This document shows, piece by piece, positions 17,421 through 26,653 of a stretch of 61,132 nucleotides of DNA (positions within the stretch are counted from its first letter, which is position 1; each line of letters begins with the position of its first letter). A model generated the notes under the pieces. The model was not told the DNA's origin and ran no database searches. It worked only from the letters and a program-made list of their open reading frames with translations. Both the position numbers and the translations under genes were made by a program. Origin of the DNA: a virus (taxonomy: Duplodnaviria > Caudoviricetes); the IMG/VR virus record IMGVR_UViG_3300014157_000001, positions 1 to 61,132 of that record. One strand, written 5' to 3'.

Positions 17421-17542
17421 CCCTACAAAACTTCGATCACCACCACCCTCTCAACTGCCCTGCGCGCGACCCCATCCCGCACCGCGCCGCTTTGGGTGAC
17501 CACACGCCGGTTACGGTGTACGCCCCTTGAAGTTTTGTAGGG
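17421..17542. repeat. 14-bp perfect inverted repeat 94 bp apart
   Basis: CCCTACAAAACTTC (17421-17434) / GAAGTTTTGTAGGG (17529-17542), upstream of a recombinase-like gene. Confidence 0.75.
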
Positions 17543-17570
17543 CCAAGATCATGCGGGCATGATGGTGGTC

Positions 17571-18446
17571 ATGGATGCCGAAACCCTGCTCGAGCAGTGG
17601 CTCACCACGTCCACGCTGCGGCCCTCCACCCAGGCCGAATACCAGCGCGAGCTCGCAGGCCCCAAAGGCTTCCTCACCTGGTGCGCCGCCCAGCACCCCC
17701 CGATCGACGCGCTCGCCGCACGCCCCATAGACGTCGCCACCTGGGCCCACGACCTCTTCCTGCGCGACGACCTCGCAGGCCGCCCCTTCGACGGACCCGA
17801 CGCGCTGGCCTGGCTCGCCGCACAGCATCCCGACACCGCCCGCAGCCACGACCGCCGCATCAGCGCCCTCACCATGTACTACAAGGCCGCCACCGACCGC
17901 GGCGTCATCACCATCCCACCGAACCTCGCCGCCCTGCGCTCCGGCGTCCTCCGCCCCGCCGGCGCCAAGAACAAACTCGACCGCGGCGAGCGCGCCGCCC
18001 TGTTCATGGCCATCGGCTCCTGGAGCCCCGCCAACTCCCGGCACTGGCAGCGCGACCGCCTGTGCGTGATGCTCCTCCTCGAAGGCCTGCGCCCCGCCCA
18101 AGTCGTCCGCGTCGACCGCCGCCACCTCTACCCCCAACCCGATGGCACCACCGAAGTCCGCGCCCCCGACTACGACTTCGAAGCCCTCGGCAAACCCTTC
18201 ACCCTCGACCCCATCACCGGCGCCGCCCTCAACCTCTACTTGGCCGTACGCCCCGAACCCGGACCCGACGTCCACACCCTCCTGCTCTCCGACCGCGGCG
18301 GGCCCCTCCACACGCGCTGGCCCAACGAACTCGTCGGAAACATGACCGCCGGCGACCCGGCCCTTGCGAACGTCACCGCCGACGCCATCGCCCACACGGG
18401 GCTGTGGGACACGCCCGACGAACCGCCCCCGACTCCCCAGCCGTAG
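17571..18446 (+). CDS. tyrosine recombinase-like protein lacking catalytic HxxR and Tyr
   Basis: core-binding domain (STQAEYQREL, RRISALTMYY), RDRLCVMLLLEGLRPAQV; box II is TADAIAHT; no C-terminal Tyr. Confidence 0.7.
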   Translation: MDAETLLEQWLTTSTLRPSTQAEYQRELAGPKGFLTWCAAQHPPIDALAARPIDVATWAHDLFLRDDLAGRPFDGPDALAWLAAQHPDTARSHDRRISALTMYYKAATDRGVITIPPNLAALRSGVLRPAGAKNKLDRGERAALFMAIGSWSPANSRHWQRDRLCVMLLLEGLRPAQVVRVDRRHLYPQPDGTTEVRAPDYDFEALGKPFTLDPITGAALNLYLAVRPEPGPDVHTLLLSDRGGPLHTRWPNELVGNMTAGDPALANVTADAIAHTGLWDTPDEPPPTPQP

Positions 18447-18645
18447 GGGGTGTTCAGCCCGGGGCCGCGCTACCGTCGGCCGTGCTGAAGTTGCGCCCCG
18501 GTGGGTCCGGCTCCAGGTCGTTGTGGCCCTCCCGGGGTGGTGCCCGCAGGGCCACAACGCGCACCGGCGAACAGCGCCCGTACCGGACTGTGGGACTCCC
18601 CGGAAGGCGGCTAGCATGCCGGCCACGCCTACCGAAGGACTCGCC

Positions 18646-18882
18646 ATGCCGCACACCGAGATCACCGAGCAGGACCCGCCGGAGCCCCAACCCGCCGTGG
18701 ATCCCGGCCTGCAGAAGATGGTGGTGATGTTCGGTATGGCCCTCTTCAGCACGGTGGTCTGCACCGCCCTGTACGGGCCCGACAAGAACAGCGAGCGGGC
18801 GTTCCGGCTGCTGCCGTGGTTGAGGCGGAAGCCGGAGGCCGAGGACGACGAGCAGCCCGCCGTGCGGGCCAAGCGCCGCTGA
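18646..18882 (+). CDS. small membrane protein
   Basis: GAAGGA RBS; MVVMFGMALFSTVVCTALY TM segment. Confidence 0.6.
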   Translation: MPHTEITEQDPPEPQPAVDPGLQKMVVMFGMALFSTVVCTALYGPDKNSERAFRLLPWLRRKPEAEDDEQPAVRAKRR

Positions 18883-18888
18883 GCCGCC

Positions 18889-19980
18889 TCAGACGAACTT
18901 GTCGACGAGGTGGTCGTACACCTTCACCGCGGCCGCCGCGTGTGCCGCCTTCCGGGCGGTGGAGTCGCGCCGGCGGACGTAGCGCAGCGTCGTCTCGATC
19001 GCGGCGTGGTCGGCGTATTCCTGGATCTCCTCCATCGGCACCTTCGCGTCGTGCATGTGGGTGAGCTTGGAGGCGCGCAGCACGTGCGGAGTGAGGTCGC
19101 GGCCGGTCAGGACGCCGGCCTTCTTGCCGAGCCGGGTCAGCAGGTAGTCGACGTCGTGACGGGACATCGGCTTGTCGTCGTCGGTGAGCAGCAGTTCTCC
19201 GTCGGTGCGGCCGGCGGTGGCGACGTCGACGAGCTGGGCGAGACGCTCCGGGAGGGTCCACACGCGGCCCTTGCCGCCCTTACGCCGGAGGTCCAAGAGG
19301 CGTACGCCGTCATAGGACTTGAGGTGGGCGAGGGTGGCGGTGCAGCACTCGGAGACGCGGCCGGCGAGCGTGTAGATGAGCACGGGCACGAGGGCCTGGC
19401 GGGCGGTGTCGGCGGCCTCGATGACGCGCTGCAGCTCGTCGACTTCGAGGATCGGTGTGGCGGTGGTTTCGTCGCGGGGGTCGACCTTGGGCCGGTCGTG
19501 CTTGGTGACCGGGGAGGCGATCGTGTGGTCCTTCGTCTTCCACTTGGCGTACTCGGACAGCGCGGTGAGGACCGACAGGCGCCGGTTGATGGAGCGCGGT
19601 GCGGCGCCCTTGGCCTTCTGCACCTTCGTCCAGGTCTCGATGATGCCGGGGGTGATGGCGCCGATGAAGAAGCGGTCGTGGCCGCCCAACTCGCGTGCCA
19701 CGCCTGCCCAGAGGCGGATGTCGTCGGCGTAGCCCTGCTTGCTGGTGGTGGCGGGGACGGCTTCGGAGCCGAGCCAGGAGGTGACGAGGAGGAAGGTGTC
19801 GCGGTCGCAGAGTTCGGCGAGGAGTTCGAGGCGCCAGCGTCGTTCGCCGAGGCGGCGGGTGCGGGGGTCGCGGGGTGCGACGGTGCCGAGGGTGTCGCGG
19901 AGGTAGTAGAAGGCTTCCTCGGCGGCGCCGGGGGTGGTGAGTTCGGCGCGGGGTCTCGCGGCCAGGTCGTGCTCGGTCAT
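18889..19980 (-). CDS. XerC/D-like tyrosine recombinase (intact catalytic residues)
   Basis: AGRVSE, RRKGGK, TPHVLRAS, YADH, TTLRY. Confidence 0.92.
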   Translation of the reverse strand: MTEHDLAARPRAELTTPGAAEEAFYYLRDTLGTVAPRDPRTRRLGERRWRLELLAELCDRDTFLLVTSWLGSEAVPATTSKQGYADDIRLWAGVARELGGHDRFFIGAITPGIIETWTKVQKAKGAAPRSINRRLSVLTALSEYAKWKTKDHTIASPVTKHDRPKVDPRDETTATPILEVDELQRVIEAADTARQALVPVLIYTLAGRVSECCTATLAHLKSYDGVRLLDLRRKGGKGRVWTLPERLAQLVDVATAGRTDGELLLTDDDKPMSRHDVDYLLTRLGKKAGVLTGRDLTPHVLRASKLTHMHDAKVPMEEIQEYADHAAIETTLRYVRRRDSTARKAAHAAAAVKVYDHLVDKFV

Positions 19981-20126
19981 GCGTCGGCCGCCTGCTCGCG
20001 GTAGATGCGCTCCGCCTCGTCGTCAAGCCAGGCCGTGTCGTGGTCGATGCACTCGCCGTACTGCTCGCACACCTCGCATCCTTCTGCATCGGCGCGGATC
20101 TCGGCCAGGGGCTTGGGCTCAGTCAC
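19977..20126 (-). CDS. small hypothetical protein (CxxC-x5-CxxH)
   Basis: GTG start coupled to neighbours; CEVCEQYGECIDH. Confidence 0.55.
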   Translation of the reverse strand: MTEPKPLAEIRADAEGCEVCEQYGECIDHDTAWLDDEAERIYREQAADA

Positions 20127-20359
20127 GACTGCTCGGGATCGATGAGGTTGATGGCGTCGTGCACCTTGTCCCAGGCATTCCCGGCGAGGGCGCCCTGGTT
20201 CTCTTGCGCCCATGCGCGCTGCCGGTCGGCCAGTTCGTGGGCGAAGGCGTTGAGGTTGGCGTCGATGACCCACTCCTCGCCGGGCTTGAGCATGCCTCGT
20301 GAGCGGAGGACGCCGATGAAGCGATCGCGGGCGCTCTGTTGCTGCGGCTCCGTTGTCAT
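20123..20359 (-). CDS. hypothetical protein, probably leaderless
   Basis: TAGGAT -10 six nt before ATG. Confidence 0.65.
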   Translation of the reverse strand: MTTEPQQQSARDRFIGVLRSRGMLKPGEEWVIDANLNAFAHELADRQRAWAQENQGALAGNAWDKVHDAINLIDPEQS

Positions 20360-20365
20360 GATCCC

Positions 20366-20393
20366 ATCCTAGTTGTTCTTAACCCACGTTAAG
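20366..20393 (-). promoter_or_regulatory. promoter of the recombinase operon with palindrome CTTAAC-CCAC-GTTAAG
   Basis: AT-rich palindrome 20378-20393 over the -35/spacer; TAGGAT -10. Confidence 0.5.
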
Positions 20394-20775
20394 CGGAATC
20401 CTCAGAGCGATCCTGCGGGGTGGGCTGCTCCTGGGTGTCGCACGGTCGGCACGTGGGGTGGATGCAGCCGGGACACGACGTGCCATCGCACGGACAGTCC
20501 TCGGGGCAGCATCTCCGCGTCACCTTCCGGCGCGGCGCGGTGCCGTCCTGAAGGCGCTGCCGGAGTACGGCGCAGGCCTCGGCGCTCGGCGGCGTGTTGA
20601 TCGCGCGCTCGTAGGCGTTGGCGCCCGCGCGTTCCTCGATCGCCTCATGTGCCGCCTCGGGAGTCGGACACTCGACCAGGGAGCAGGTGATGTAGCCGCC
20701 GTCGCCGAGGAAGAGCGTGCCAGAGCTTCCGCATGCCGGGCAACGCGCTTGTACGGACGGGAAGTTGTCGCTCAT
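20389..20775 (-). CDS. DUF6085-like zinc-ribbon protein
   Basis: RCPACGSSGTLFLGDGGYITCSLVECPTP; Cys-rich tail. Confidence 0.65.
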   Translation of the reverse strand: MSDNFPSVQARCPACGSSGTLFLGDGGYITCSLVECPTPEAAHEAIEERAGANAYERAINTPPSAEACAVLRQRLQDGTAPRRKVTRRCCPEDCPCDGTSCPGCIHPTCRPCDTQEQPTPQDRSEDSA

Positions 20776-20830
20776 GCGTCCATCGTCTCGCGTGGCCCGC
20801 CGGACGTTCCCCGTTCCACCGGCCGACGTG

Positions 20831-21664
20831 TCACTGAGCGGGGTACAGGACATCGAAGACCGGCGGCTCCCATAGGCCGAAGGTCGACACGTCACCTTCG
20901 GTGAAGTCCGCCGCGCCACGAACGGCCACTCCGCCCACCCGAAGGCTCCGGAAGCTGATCCCCGCCGTATCTATGCCCGCCCCCTTGGCCCGACTCCGCA
21001 CGACGACATCAATCCCACACGTCGTCAGTGCCTTTCCTGCGATGTGCCCCCAACGGTCGATCTGACGAAACAGAGGGCCTTCGGGTTCTCCGAGTCCGCC
21101 CAGAGTCCTCAACCACCCGCCGGTGAACCTCAGTACGCTGGTTGCCTTGTCGCCGCTGTCCCAGACAAAGACGCTGGTGCGCGCTTCAGGCAGCTGGACA
21201 CGGACACCGTTCTCCATCAGACGAACCGCGTCGGCCGTGGAACGCGACAGTTCCCCGGCCCGGTTTGCTGTCCCCCACGCCAACGTGAGCAGGCAACCAT
21301 CACGCAAGCCAGCAGGATCGTCGCCGCAAGTGGCAAGCATCGCCCGGAGGTCAGCCTCGTCGAAGGGCACCGTCTTCTGGCCGCGCCGTACGGGAGACGA
21401 CTCCCATTCCATCTTCCAGCGCGTGCACATCTCACGCGGCAACGTGGTCTCGAACCAGTGCCCGTGGGGCTGCCAAGTTCGTATCGCAGACCATGCGAAC
21501 TCCACCGTATTGGGAGACACCTTGCACTCTTTGATCAGGTATCCGATGTAGGCGGCGAACGTCTCCTCCGTACAGGGGCGAGGGTCTACCCCTCTGCCCT
21601 CGCACCACTCCTGGAACTTGCGACGCTGTATTCCGTAGGCACGTTGCGTATCAGCGGCGGTCAT
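20831..21664 (-). CDS. degenerate Cre-like tyrosine recombinase
   Basis: TQRAYGIQRRKFQEWC, GLRDGCLLTLAWGTANRAGEL, GPLFRQIDRWG, FRSLRVGG, GLW; His of HxxR and the SKT loop missing. Confidence 0.75.
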   Translation of the reverse strand: MTAADTQRAYGIQRRKFQEWCEGRGVDPRPCTEETFAAYIGYLIKECKVSPNTVEFAWSAIRTWQPHGHWFETTLPREMCTRWKMEWESSPVRRGQKTVPFDEADLRAMLATCGDDPAGLRDGCLLTLAWGTANRAGELSRSTADAVRLMENGVRVQLPEARTSVFVWDSGDKATSVLRFTGGWLRTLGGLGEPEGPLFRQIDRWGHIAGKALTTCGIDVVVRSRAKGAGIDTAGISFRSLRVGGVAVRGAADFTEGDVSTFGLWEPPVFDVLYPAQ

Positions 21665-22287
21665 GCGATCCCTCCGAACTGGGTGTTCCACAACAGGGCG
21701 ACGATGGTTGATTCGTACGGCCAGCGCGCCACTCCGCCGTGCTTGACCAGGTGCAGCAGGGTCCGACTGGGGTGGGTCAGCCCGACCTCCAAGGGGACGC
21801 AGCCGGGAGGGATTTTGCAGTCCTGCACCGTGGGCCGAGTACGCCCGTCTATCCCTTCGGTGGAGGCCGGATCCGCTGAGCGCTGCGCCAGAACGGGCTG
21901 ATCCCAGCACAGTTCCCCGTCGGAATCCGCTCCCATTTGATCGATGTTCAACCGTGCGGTGAAGGCGGGATGTAGTCGTGTCAGCCGTTCTGCGTTCGTC
22001 TCTCGTGCGACGTCGGCTACCGGTATCTCCCCTACCTCCAGCAGTGTTACGGCGAACTCTCCCGACATCAGGCCGGTGTGTACGCGCAGGAAGGCGGCAG
22101 CCTGCACCGGGGTCCAGCAGGACGCTCGGCGCTGTGTCTGCCCGATGCGATCTCTGTAGGCGGCGGGTATTCGGTCGCTGTGCAGATCCTGGCGAATCTG
22201 CACCAGGGCCTGTGCGGCACTTGGGCTGTAGAGCACCTGGTCCAGCAGGCTGCCGGCCATTCGTTCGTGCAGTGTCCTCATGCCCAT
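21661..22287 (-). CDS. hypothetical protein, possible PD-(D/E)xK-like fold
   Basis: ATGA coupling to the Cre-like gene; DSDGEL...PLEVG motif; atypical codon usage. Confidence 0.6.
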   Translation of the reverse strand: MGMRTLHERMAGSLLDQVLYSPSAAQALVQIRQDLHSDRIPAAYRDRIGQTQRRASCWTPVQAAAFLRVHTGLMSGEFAVTLLEVGEIPVADVARETNAERLTRLHPAFTARLNIDQMGADSDGELCWDQPVLAQRSADPASTEGIDGRTRPTVQDCKIPPGCVPLEVGLTHPSRTLLHLVKHGGVARWPYESTIVALLWNTQFGGIA

Positions 22288-22298
22288 CCTCTCGGAAC

Positions 22299-22377
22299 GG
22301 AGACCTTACGGAGACCTTGACGAGTAGCTGAACTACTCTAAGCTTAGCAGTATCCGAGCTACTCCACCCCGGATACG
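22299..22377. promoter_or_regulatory. divergent promoter region with repeats
   Basis: GGAGACCTT x2, TTGACG-N16-TAAGCT on plus, IR GAGTAG-N5-CTACTC in the spacer, hairpin GTATCCG...CGGATAC. Confidence 0.5.
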
Positions 22378-22385
22378 CTGACCCC

Positions 22386-22583
22386 ATGGACCTGACCGGC
22401 TACCTGACCTCCGATGAGGCAGCAGAACGGCTCGGCATCGCCCGCCAGAGCCTCTACAACCTGGCCAACCGCTCCCCGGACTTCCCGAAGCCGAAGAAGA
22501 TCGGGCGGACGTCACTCTGGCCGGAGGAGGGGATCGACGCGTGGCGGGCGGAACATCCGAAGCGACAAAAAACTGAGAAGTGA
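22386..22583 (+). CDS. AlpA/excisionase-family HTH protein
   Basis: YLTSDEAAERLGIARQSLYNL...DFPKPKKIGRTSLWPEEGIDAW. Confidence 0.88.
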   Translation: MDLTGYLTSDEAAERLGIARQSLYNLANRSPDFPKPKKIGRTSLWPEEGIDAWRAEHPKRQKTEK

Positions 22584-22594
22584 GGGCACCGCCC

Positions 22595-22939
22595 ATGGAT
22601 TACGCACCCAGCATCACCATCACTGCCGCCCCGGTCGCGGTCGGACTCGGCGCATTCGCCGCAATCCTCCTGGCTGACGGGACTGAGGACCTGAGCTGGG
22701 TCCGCTTCACCATCGCTGCGATCGTCTTCCTCGCCATTTCGGGAGGCGGCGCCTACGTTGCGGCGCGATGGAATCTCGCTCGGTTCGAGCGGCGGCTGGC
22801 GGATGATGACGCAGCGTTCCGGCAGCGGCTGGCCGCCGAGGACGCGGCACACCGTAAAGCGGTCGTGGCCGCGTTCGAGGCTGACGTGGAACGCATCACC
22901 GGCCGCCCCTTCCCCACCGACCCCGCCACCGAGAAGTGA
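22595..22939 (+). CDS. two-TM membrane protein
   Basis: two hydrophobic helices then coiled coil. Confidence 0.65.
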   Translation: MDYAPSITITAAPVAVGLGAFAAILLADGTEDLSWVRFTIAAIVFLAISGGGAYVAARWNLARFERRLADDDAAFRQRLAAEDAAHRKAVVAAFEADVERITGRPFPTDPATEK

Positions 22940-22946
22940 GGACGCC

Positions 22947-23165
22947 ATGCTGGCCGTACCCGAGCGCGTGCACGGCGCCACCGTCTTCGACGAGTCGATC
23001 CTCTGGCACAAGCCCGTCGGCGCCGTGACCGAGGAGTTCCAGGCAATCGCCTGCTCCGACGCCGAGGGCATCGTCTTCCCGTCGGGGAAGCGAGACGTGC
23101 CGCTGCGCCTGGACAAGCCGGGCGAGCGCTGGTGCCCGGACTGCCTCGCAATGATCCGCGCCTGA
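22947..23165 (+). CDS. small zinc-binding hypothetical protein
   Basis: GAGGA RBS; WH...IACS...WCPDC. Confidence 0.6.
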   Translation: MLAVPERVHGATVFDESILWHKPVGAVTEEFQAIACSDAEGIVFPSGKRDVPLRLDKPGERWCPDCLAMIRA

Positions 23166-23173
23166 CAGACGCA

Positions 23174-23210
23174 GCGATGCCCCGCCTGAGTGAAGCAGGC
23201 GGGGCGTCGT
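23174..23210. terminator. bidirectional terminator between convergent operons
   Basis: GCGATGCCCCGCCTG-AGTGAAG-CAGGCGGGGCGTCGT. Confidence 0.7.
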
Positions 23211-23218
23211 CATGCAGC

Positions 23219-23410
23219 CTACGCGGCGCCGCGCTGGCGAGCCTTCTCGCCCTCCGCCCACGCGTTGAACGCCTGCTGGCAGGACACGCACAGCGGGCAG
23301 CCGCCGTCCCCGTACCGGTGGCACGGCTCCTGGCAGCGCGTACACGGGCCGACCTGCGAGGGTGAGCAGTCGAGGAGGCGGGATCTACCAGGGGACGAGG
23401 GAGTAGCCAT
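23219..23410 (-). CDS. small zinc-finger protein
   Basis: GPCTRCQEPCHRYGDGGCPLCVSC. Confidence 0.55.
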   Translation of the reverse strand: MATPSSPGRSRLLDCSPSQVGPCTRCQEPCHRYGDGGCPLCVSCQQAFNAWAEGEKARQRGAA

Positions 23411-23448
23411 GCCGTCCATCGTACGTACGGCCCGGCCACACCCCGGGA

Positions 23449-23709
23449 TCAGGCTTCGGGCGCGGGTTCCGGGGCGGGCTCCGGCCAGTGCCAGGTGCCG
23501 CCCTGATGCACAGCCTCGTCCTGGACGACCCGCCTGATCGTCAGGATGTTGCCGTCGGGGTTGAACACGTTGAGGCTGGCGATGCCCTGGCCGTCCGGCT
23601 GTGCTCCCTCGGGCAGGGCGGTGACGAGCGCGCACCGGCACTGGGCCGGGTCGTCGACCGGGGCGCCGTAGTTGACGTAGTGCACGGCGGCGGCCACGTA
23701 AGGCAGCAT
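23449..23709 (-). CDS. conserved phage hypothetical protein
   Basis: AAGGAGA RBS; VHYV...CALVT...LNVFNPDG...GGTWHWPE. Confidence 0.75.
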   Translation of the reverse strand: MLPYVAAAVHYVNYGAPVDDPAQCRCALVTALPEGAQPDGQGIASLNVFNPDGNILTIRRVVQDEAVHQGGTWHWPEPAPEPAPEA

Positions 23710-23790
23710 GCAGTTTCTCCTTGATCGGGATGTACGGAAGGGCTTGAGGGGGCCGCGCGCGGCGGCCGTGAAAGGGGCCGGGGTGCGGGG

Positions 23791-25179
23791 TCAGGGGCCG
23801 ACGGCCACCCACGGGCCCGCGAAGTCCGTCGCGACGTTGGCCGACGGAGTGATCGTGGCGGGCATGCTGGTGCGGCCGGAGCCGTTGACCGCGAACCGGT
23901 AGGCGGCCGGAGACAGGCCGACGCTCGCGGCCTCCCCCACCCCCGTCCACCCCGACGCGCGCGTCAGGTTGGGCGGCACCGGCCCGTTGAACAGCAGGCC
24001 GACCCAGTAGAAGGAGCCCCCGGCGAGCGACTGCGCGGGGATCGTAGTGGTCTTCAGCCCCGCCGACCCCTGCACCCCGTCGATACCCGCCGACGCGAGC
24101 AGCGTTCCCGCACTGTCGTACAGGCCCACCCAGTTCTGCCCTGCGGTCGGCGAGGACGCCGTGTTCGCGATCCACCAGTACAGGCGCGTGGCCGTCACGT
24201 TGGCGGCCACATTGATGCGGACCAGGTACAAGGTTCCGGCGGCCATACCGGTCGAGTTGACGGCCAAGGCGGGGTCGTAGGCCCATCCGGCGATGCCGTG
24301 CGCGGCCGGGGTGTCCTGGCCGAGCGCGTGCCCGGTCACGTTGAGGCTGCCGGTGACGGTGCCGCCGGCCGCGGGGAGGGCGCTGATGTCCGCCGGGGTG
24401 AGGGCGTCGCTGCCGCCGGCGGCGTGGGAGGCCTTGTGGCCGGTCGGGGTACGCGCGTTGGTGAGGGTGGGATCGGTGGAGCGCAGTGCGATCGTGGCCC
24501 CGGCTCCGGCGTCGCCGAGCGGCGTCGCGGTCGCCGGGTCCCCGACGGGCCCTTGTGGGCCGGTGTCGCCCGGGTCGCCCTTGGGTCCGGCCGGTCCTTG
24601 TGCTCCGTCGGCTCCCGCAGCGCCTTGGGGGCCGGCGGGTCCTTCCGGGCCCGGCTCCCCCGGTGCTCCCGGCGCTCCGGTGTCGCCCTGCGGGCCTTCG
24701 AGGGAGGCCAGCCACTCCTCCCGGGTGCCAAGGAACCCGGCGTCCTGGGCGACCTCGTACGCGGACCGTCCGTCGGCGCCGTCCTGGCCGTCGGTGCCGG
24801 GTGCGGCGGCCACGTAGACGACGGTGCCCTGCCCGGTCTGCGTATCCGACAGGTCGACACGGATGCCGCCCACCCAGTACGGGCCACCCGAGGCGGGGAC
24901 CGCGATGTAGGTGAGGTTGGGGGCGCCAGTCAGCGAGCGGCCTTCCTGGATCGCCCACAGCGTGTCCCCCACCAGCGAGTTGACTGACGCGTTGGGTACG
25001 AGGTCGACGGACCATGTGCCGTCCGCGGCCGGGGTGATGGGGCGCGCGGTGACGAGCTCGCCTTCCTGGTCGGCGACATAGCCGATCGCGGGCCGGCCGG
25101 TGACGTCGACGAGCGTCGCGGTCATCTCCACCCGGGTCGGGTTCGCGGTGCCGAGCAGCGCGCCGTTCACAGTGGTCAT
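23791..25179 (-). CDS. tail fibre-like protein with collagen (Gly-X-Y) segment
   Basis: GRSAYEVA...[18 protein letters not shown] repeats, [11 protein letters not shown], beta-rich C-domain. Confidence 0.75.
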   Translation of the reverse strand: MTTVNGALLGTANPTRVEMTATLVDVTGRPAIGYVADQEGELVTARPITPAADGTWSVDLVPNASVNSLVGDTLWAIQEGRSLTGAPNLTYIAVPASGGPYWVGGIRVDLSDTQTGQGTVVYVAAAPGTDGQDGADGRSAYEVAQDAGFLGTREEWLASLEGPQGDTGAPGAPGEPGPEGPAGPQGAAGADGAQGPAGPKGDPGDTGPQGPVGDPATATPLGDAGAGATIALRSTDPTLTNARTPTGHKASHAAGGSDALTPADISALPAAGGTVTGSLNVTGHALGQDTPAAHGIAGWAYDPALAVNSTGMAAGTLYLVRINVAANVTATRLYWWIANTASSPTAGQNWVGLYDSAGTLLASAGIDGVQGSAGLKTTTIPAQSLAGGSFYWVGLLFNGPVPPNLTRASGWTGVGEAASVGLSPAAYRFAVNGSGRTSMPATITPSANVATDFAGPWVAVGP

Positions 25180-25188
25180 CAAGGTCTC

Positions 25189-25914
25189 CTAGCTGCGGCG
25201 GCGCTCGAGCAGGTTCAGCGGCAGCAGGCCCGTGGAGGCGGTGCCGTCGCCGGACGGCTTCTGCTGCTGTTGCTGCTGATCAGGGGTGGGGGACGGTGGA
25301 GGGTCTTCGGTGGGGGTGGCCGGGTCGGTGAGGGTGCAGGTGTAGCGCGGGTTGTCCGGGTCGAAGTCGTCGACGGGCACGCACCGGTACTTGTTGCCGT
25401 CGGGGTCGGTGTACGTCCACTCGGCGGGCGGTGAACCGTTCGTGCCGTCGGCCCCGTTGGCGCCGTCCGCACCGTTCTGGCCGGGCGCCCCGGTGGCGTC
25501 CTGCCCTGCGGGCCCGGTCGCCCCGGCCGGCCCGGGGATCGTGGAGTCGGCGCCCGGCTCCCCCGACGGACCTACAGGACCAGGCGGACCCGGGCTCGGG
25601 GTGATGGTCGGCGCGTCCTTGCCGTCCGCACCGTCCTTCCCCGCCTTGCCCGTCGCCCCCGGCTTCCCGACGATCGTCTTCCCGGCCTCGCCCCTGCTGC
25701 CGGGTGGGCCGGCCACCGGCTTCCCGCCCAGTGCCTGGACTTGCTTCGCCAAGGCGTCGCGGGCCTCGTTCGCCTGGTCCAAGTCCCGGTACAGGACCAG
25801 GAACCCCGTCAGCAGCGCAGCCAGAGCCCCGGCGACCACCAGGGCGGCCGCCACCCCGAGCGCATTGCCGACACGGCGCCGCTTCCGCACCTGCGCACGC
25901 GTCGGGCTGCCCAT
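25189..25914 (-). CDS. membrane-anchored collagen-like protein of the lysis cassette
   Basis: N-terminal TM, coiled coil, long G-X-Y repeat, C-terminal YRC...YTC. Confidence 0.75.
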   Translation of the reverse strand: MGSPTRAQVRKRRRVGNALGVAAALVVAGALAALLTGFLVLYRDLDQANEARDALAKQVQALGGKPVAGPPGSRGEAGKTIVGKPGATGKAGKDGADGKDAPTITPSPGPPGPVGPSGEPGADSTIPGPAGATGPAGQDATGAPGQNGADGANGADGTNGSPPAEWTYTDPDGNKYRCVPVDDFDPDNPRYTCTLTDPATPTEDPPPSPTPDQQQQQQKPSGDGTASTGLLPLNLLERRRS

Positions 25915-26225
25915 CACTTACCTCCGGCCAGGAACAGCACCACGGGCAGCACGAGGCCGACGAGCGGGATGATGACGGACGCGACAACCCAGCGGCGGGT
26001 CTGGGTGACCCGTTCCGCGTCCTGGTCCCGCTGCCGCTGGATGCCCTTCACTGCCTCTCCGAGTTCGTTGATGTCCTTTGTCATGGCGGCCTTTTCCACG
26101 GCGTACACGTCCGCGGATACCAGCCGGTCAAGGCGGGCGTTGATGAGGCCCATGTCGTCGCGGACGTCGCCGCGCATGGCCTCGATGAGCCGCCACAGCT
26201 CGCCGTTCGACGGCTCGTCCGCCAT
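25914..26225 (-). CDS. lysis-associated membrane protein (coiled coil plus C-terminal TM)
   Basis: RRWVVASVIIPLVGLVLPVVLFLAG; position after holin. Confidence 0.75.
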   Translation of the reverse strand: MADEPSNGELWRLIEAMRGDVRDDMGLINARLDRLVSADVYAVEKAAMTKDINELGEAVKGIQRQRDQDAERVTQTRRWVVASVIIPLVGLVLPVVLFLAGGK

Positions 26226-26256
26226 GGGTGCTCCGGAAAGGTGGTGTCGGGGAGCG

Positions 26257-26619
26257 TCAGACGCTCGTCACGGCCGGCCGTACGACCGGGGCGGGGGCGG
26301 TGACCTGGGTGCGGACGAAGGCCTGCGCGACAACGGTCACGAACGCCATGGCGGCGGCCTGCCGGTCGGCGGACCAGTCGAGGCCGAGGTTCATGCCGAG
26401 GGCGAGACCCGCCTGCGCGAAGCCGGTGAGGGCGGCAACAACGCCGTCCTGCACCTTGAGGGCGACGAGCAGGCCGAGGAGGGCTGCGGCGACGGCGTTG
26501 ACGGCGGTCTGGACGTCGGCGTTGACGTCGACGACGAACGCGGCGACGAACTGAACGACGACGGCGACGAGGCCCGCCCAAACAGCCGGTTCACGCCCGA
26601 ACAGGGTGGTGGTCTTCAC
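26257..26619 (-). CDS. holin
   Basis: FGREPA...four hydrophobic segments...FVRTQVTAP; immediately after endolysin. Confidence 0.8.
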   Translation of the reverse strand: MKTTTLFGREPAVWAGLVAVVVQFVAAFVVDVNADVQTAVNAVAAALLGLLVALKVQDGVVAALTGFAQAGLALGMNLGLDWSADRQAAAMAFVTVVAQAFVRTQVTAPAPVVRPAVTSV

Positions 26620-26653
26620 GAGATTCTCCAGAGGAGGTGGTGGATGGGGTGGG

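Noticed and set aside
18889-22583. attP/attL or tRNA integration site near the recombinases
   Set aside because: No tRNA fragment or recognisable core seen; par/rep suggest resolution rather than integration, unresolved
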